A DNA stretch of 64,000 bases. It comes from Octopus sinensis. Its lineage: Eukaryota. The translations under genes were made by a program, and so were the position numbers. Positions 62,026-64,000 of the stretch are shown here, piece by piece. The stretch covers positions 34,038,001 through 34,102,000 of the forward strand of contig NC_043006.1 of assembly GCF_006345805.1 (NCBI RefSeq), read 5' to 3'. Each line of letters begins with the position of its first letter. Position 1 is the stretch's first letter. Under the pieces are notes generated by a model, which saw nothing but the letters and a program-made list of their open reading frames with translations, did not search any database and was not told where the DNA came from.

Positions 62026-63335
62026 TAATAATGTTCGTCCTTCGGGTTCGAAGATGACCATTGACATCATTTGGTGGAATTGCTGCTATGAGACCGGAGG
62101 AGGCTGGTGAGGCCAATCCGGGCAAGAAAGTCCCCCCCCCCCACAGGTGGGGCAGAAGTAGGTAGGGGCTGTGCTATTGGTGCAGGTGGCTATGGCTTTC
62201 CACATCTAGCGTTTCTGTTCTGCTGACTGAATCCGTCTCTCCTCGGCTGTCTTTGCTCCTGTGGTGATTGTGCTGCGCCAGGATGAGCGGTTGGCAGCAA
62301 GTGTCTCCCAAGTCTCTGTGCCGATGGAGAAGTCTTTGAGAGAGACTTTGAGACTGTCCTTGAAGCGCTTCTTCTGCCCTCCCACTTTGCGTTTGCCCTG
62401 GCTGAGTTCACCGTAGAAGAGCTGTTTTGGGATGTGAGTGTTGACATGCGGGAGACGTGGCCTGCCCATCTCAGCTGGGCCTTGCGCATGATCATGATGG
62501 TGCTAGGGAGATCTGCCTGCTTCAGAACTTTCGTGCCTGGGACTTTGTCCTGCCAGCAGATGTGAAGGAGGTTCCGAAGACATCTGAGGTGGAAGTGGTT
62601 TATCTGGCGCTCATGCCTTTGGTAAGCAGTCCACGTCTTGCAGCCGTATAGTAGGGTGGTAAGCACGACTGCCCGGTAGACTTTCAGCTTGGTGTTGAGG
62701 CTGATTCCTCTTTGCTCCCAGACTTTCTTTTGCAGTCTCCCAAACGCGCTGCTTGCCTTGGAGATTCTGTTGATGATTTCAGCATCTATGTTGGCATTGC
62801 AGGAGAGAGTGCTGCCCAGGTAGGTGAAGTTTTCCACCACTCATAGGATCCGTCCGTTCACCTTTATCTGAGGCTCATGGTATTGTTTGCCGGGGGCTGG
62901 CTGAAACATCACTTCAGTTTTCTTGGCACTGATGGTGAGACCGAAGTTGTCACTGGCTGATGAGAACCTGTCCATCCCGAGCTGTATCTCCAGCTCATTG
63001 ATTGCGTTAAGGGTGCAGTCGTCAGCAAAGAGAAAGTCTCTGACCACTGTCTCCCTCACCTTTATGACAGTCTGCAATCTTCTGGAGTTGAAAAATTTCC
63101 CGTCCATCCTGTACTTGATGTCGATACCGGACTTGCAGTCCCTGAAGGCATCGGACAGCATTGCCGAGAACATGATGCTGAACAGTGTTGGGGCCAGGAC
63201 ACAGCTCTGCCTGACTCCGTTGGTCACCTGGAAGACTTCAGATGAGTTGCCGTCTTCAAGGACTCTGGCTGTCATTTCGTCGAGGAACTGGCAGACAATT
63301 GCAATAAATTTGCTGGGGCAACCAAATTTTCCCAT
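62026..63335 (-). mobile_element. RTE (BovB-like) LINE, 3' segment
   Basis: MGKFGCP..GVRQSCVLAPTLF..FADD..FTYLGS..QLRWAGHV..GKRKVGGQKKRFKD..CPTCG..RIGL zinc knuckle; 3' end ggtcatcttcgaacccgaaggacgaac(att)n. Confidence 0.92.
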
Positions 63336-64000
63336 GACCTACGAGGTGCTGAAAGCTGTCTATGGACTGCAGTCCTCATTTGGATCAACCCCCCTGCTCA
63401 GCTCAGATGGAACCTCACTCCTGACTAACAAGAGGCTGATCCTGGAGAGATGGGCAGACCATTTCAACATCGTGCTCAACCGACCAGCCCAGATCAACGA
63501 GGAAGCCATCGCACGACTCCCCCAGGTGCCGACAAACCATGAGCTGGCTGTTCCCCCTGCAGTCAAGGAAGTGAGCAGAGCCATAAAAAAATGTCCACTG
63601 GCAAAGCTCCAGGCTCTGACGCCATCCCTGCAAAGGTGTTCAAGTCGGGCAGCCCCACCATGATCAGTCAGCTCACCAGCCTGTTCCAGTCGATGTGGGA
63701 CAGGGAACAACTCCCTCAAGAGTTCCGGGATGCAACAATCGTCCACATTTATAAGCGGAAAGGAGATCGGCAGTCCTGCGACAACCAGCGAGGAATCTCC
63801 CTCTTGTCCATAGCAGGCAAGATCCTGGCCCGAGTCCTGCTTGACCGCCTTCTGGAACACTTGGAGCAAGGCCTTCTCCCTGAGAGCCAGTGTGGCTTCT
63901 GCGCGGGTCGAGGGACCACTGACATGATATTTGCCGCCCGACAGCTCCAGGAGAAATGCATGGAGCAGCACCTTGACCTCTGCATGACCTTTGTTGACCT
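63336..64000 (+). mobile_element. Inverted 5' segment of the same RTE (runs off the window)
   Basis: YEVLKAVYG..ILERWADHF..KAPGSDAIPA..NQRGISLLSIAGK..ESQCGF..GTTDMIF..QLQEKC..TFVDL; these motifs lie immediately upstream of MGKFGCP in RTE RT. Confidence 0.92.

Noticed and set aside
62923-63971. Long ORFs 62923-63663 (+) and 63360-63971 (-) as genes
   Set aside because: They are antisense or junction-spanning readings of the inverted RTE.

Overview
This is eukaryotic, AT-rich, microsatellite-saturated intergenic or intronic DNA. The SINE and LINE repertoire suggests an octopus or other cephalopod genome, which is an inference. No host protein-coding gene is supported; nearly all listed ORFs are translations of (TA)n, (CA)n, (TG)n, (AAT)n or (CAT)n tracts. 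Family letters A-F are local labels, and boundaries were read by eye (typically +/-10-20 nt for SINE copies). The window contains about 50 SINE-like copies in six families. It also has a full-length but frameshifted RTE LINE (37.5-42.1 kb), a 5'-inverted BovB-like RTE (62.0-64.0 kb), older RTE, CR1, HERO-like and Penelope fragments, maT/mariner DNA transposon relics, a 361-bp Helitron and several long foldback repeats. The most notable signal is a set of hammerhead ribozyme (HHR) motifs from at least five unrelated short repeat types, most with a palindromic helix III as in Penelope-like elements. One is intact (51232-51293, minus strand). Another sits in the 3' tail of a tRNA-headed SINE (family D), which twice occurs as a head-to-head inverted pair. 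This suggests a Pol III SINE that carries a ribozyme and is mobilised by Penelope machinery.
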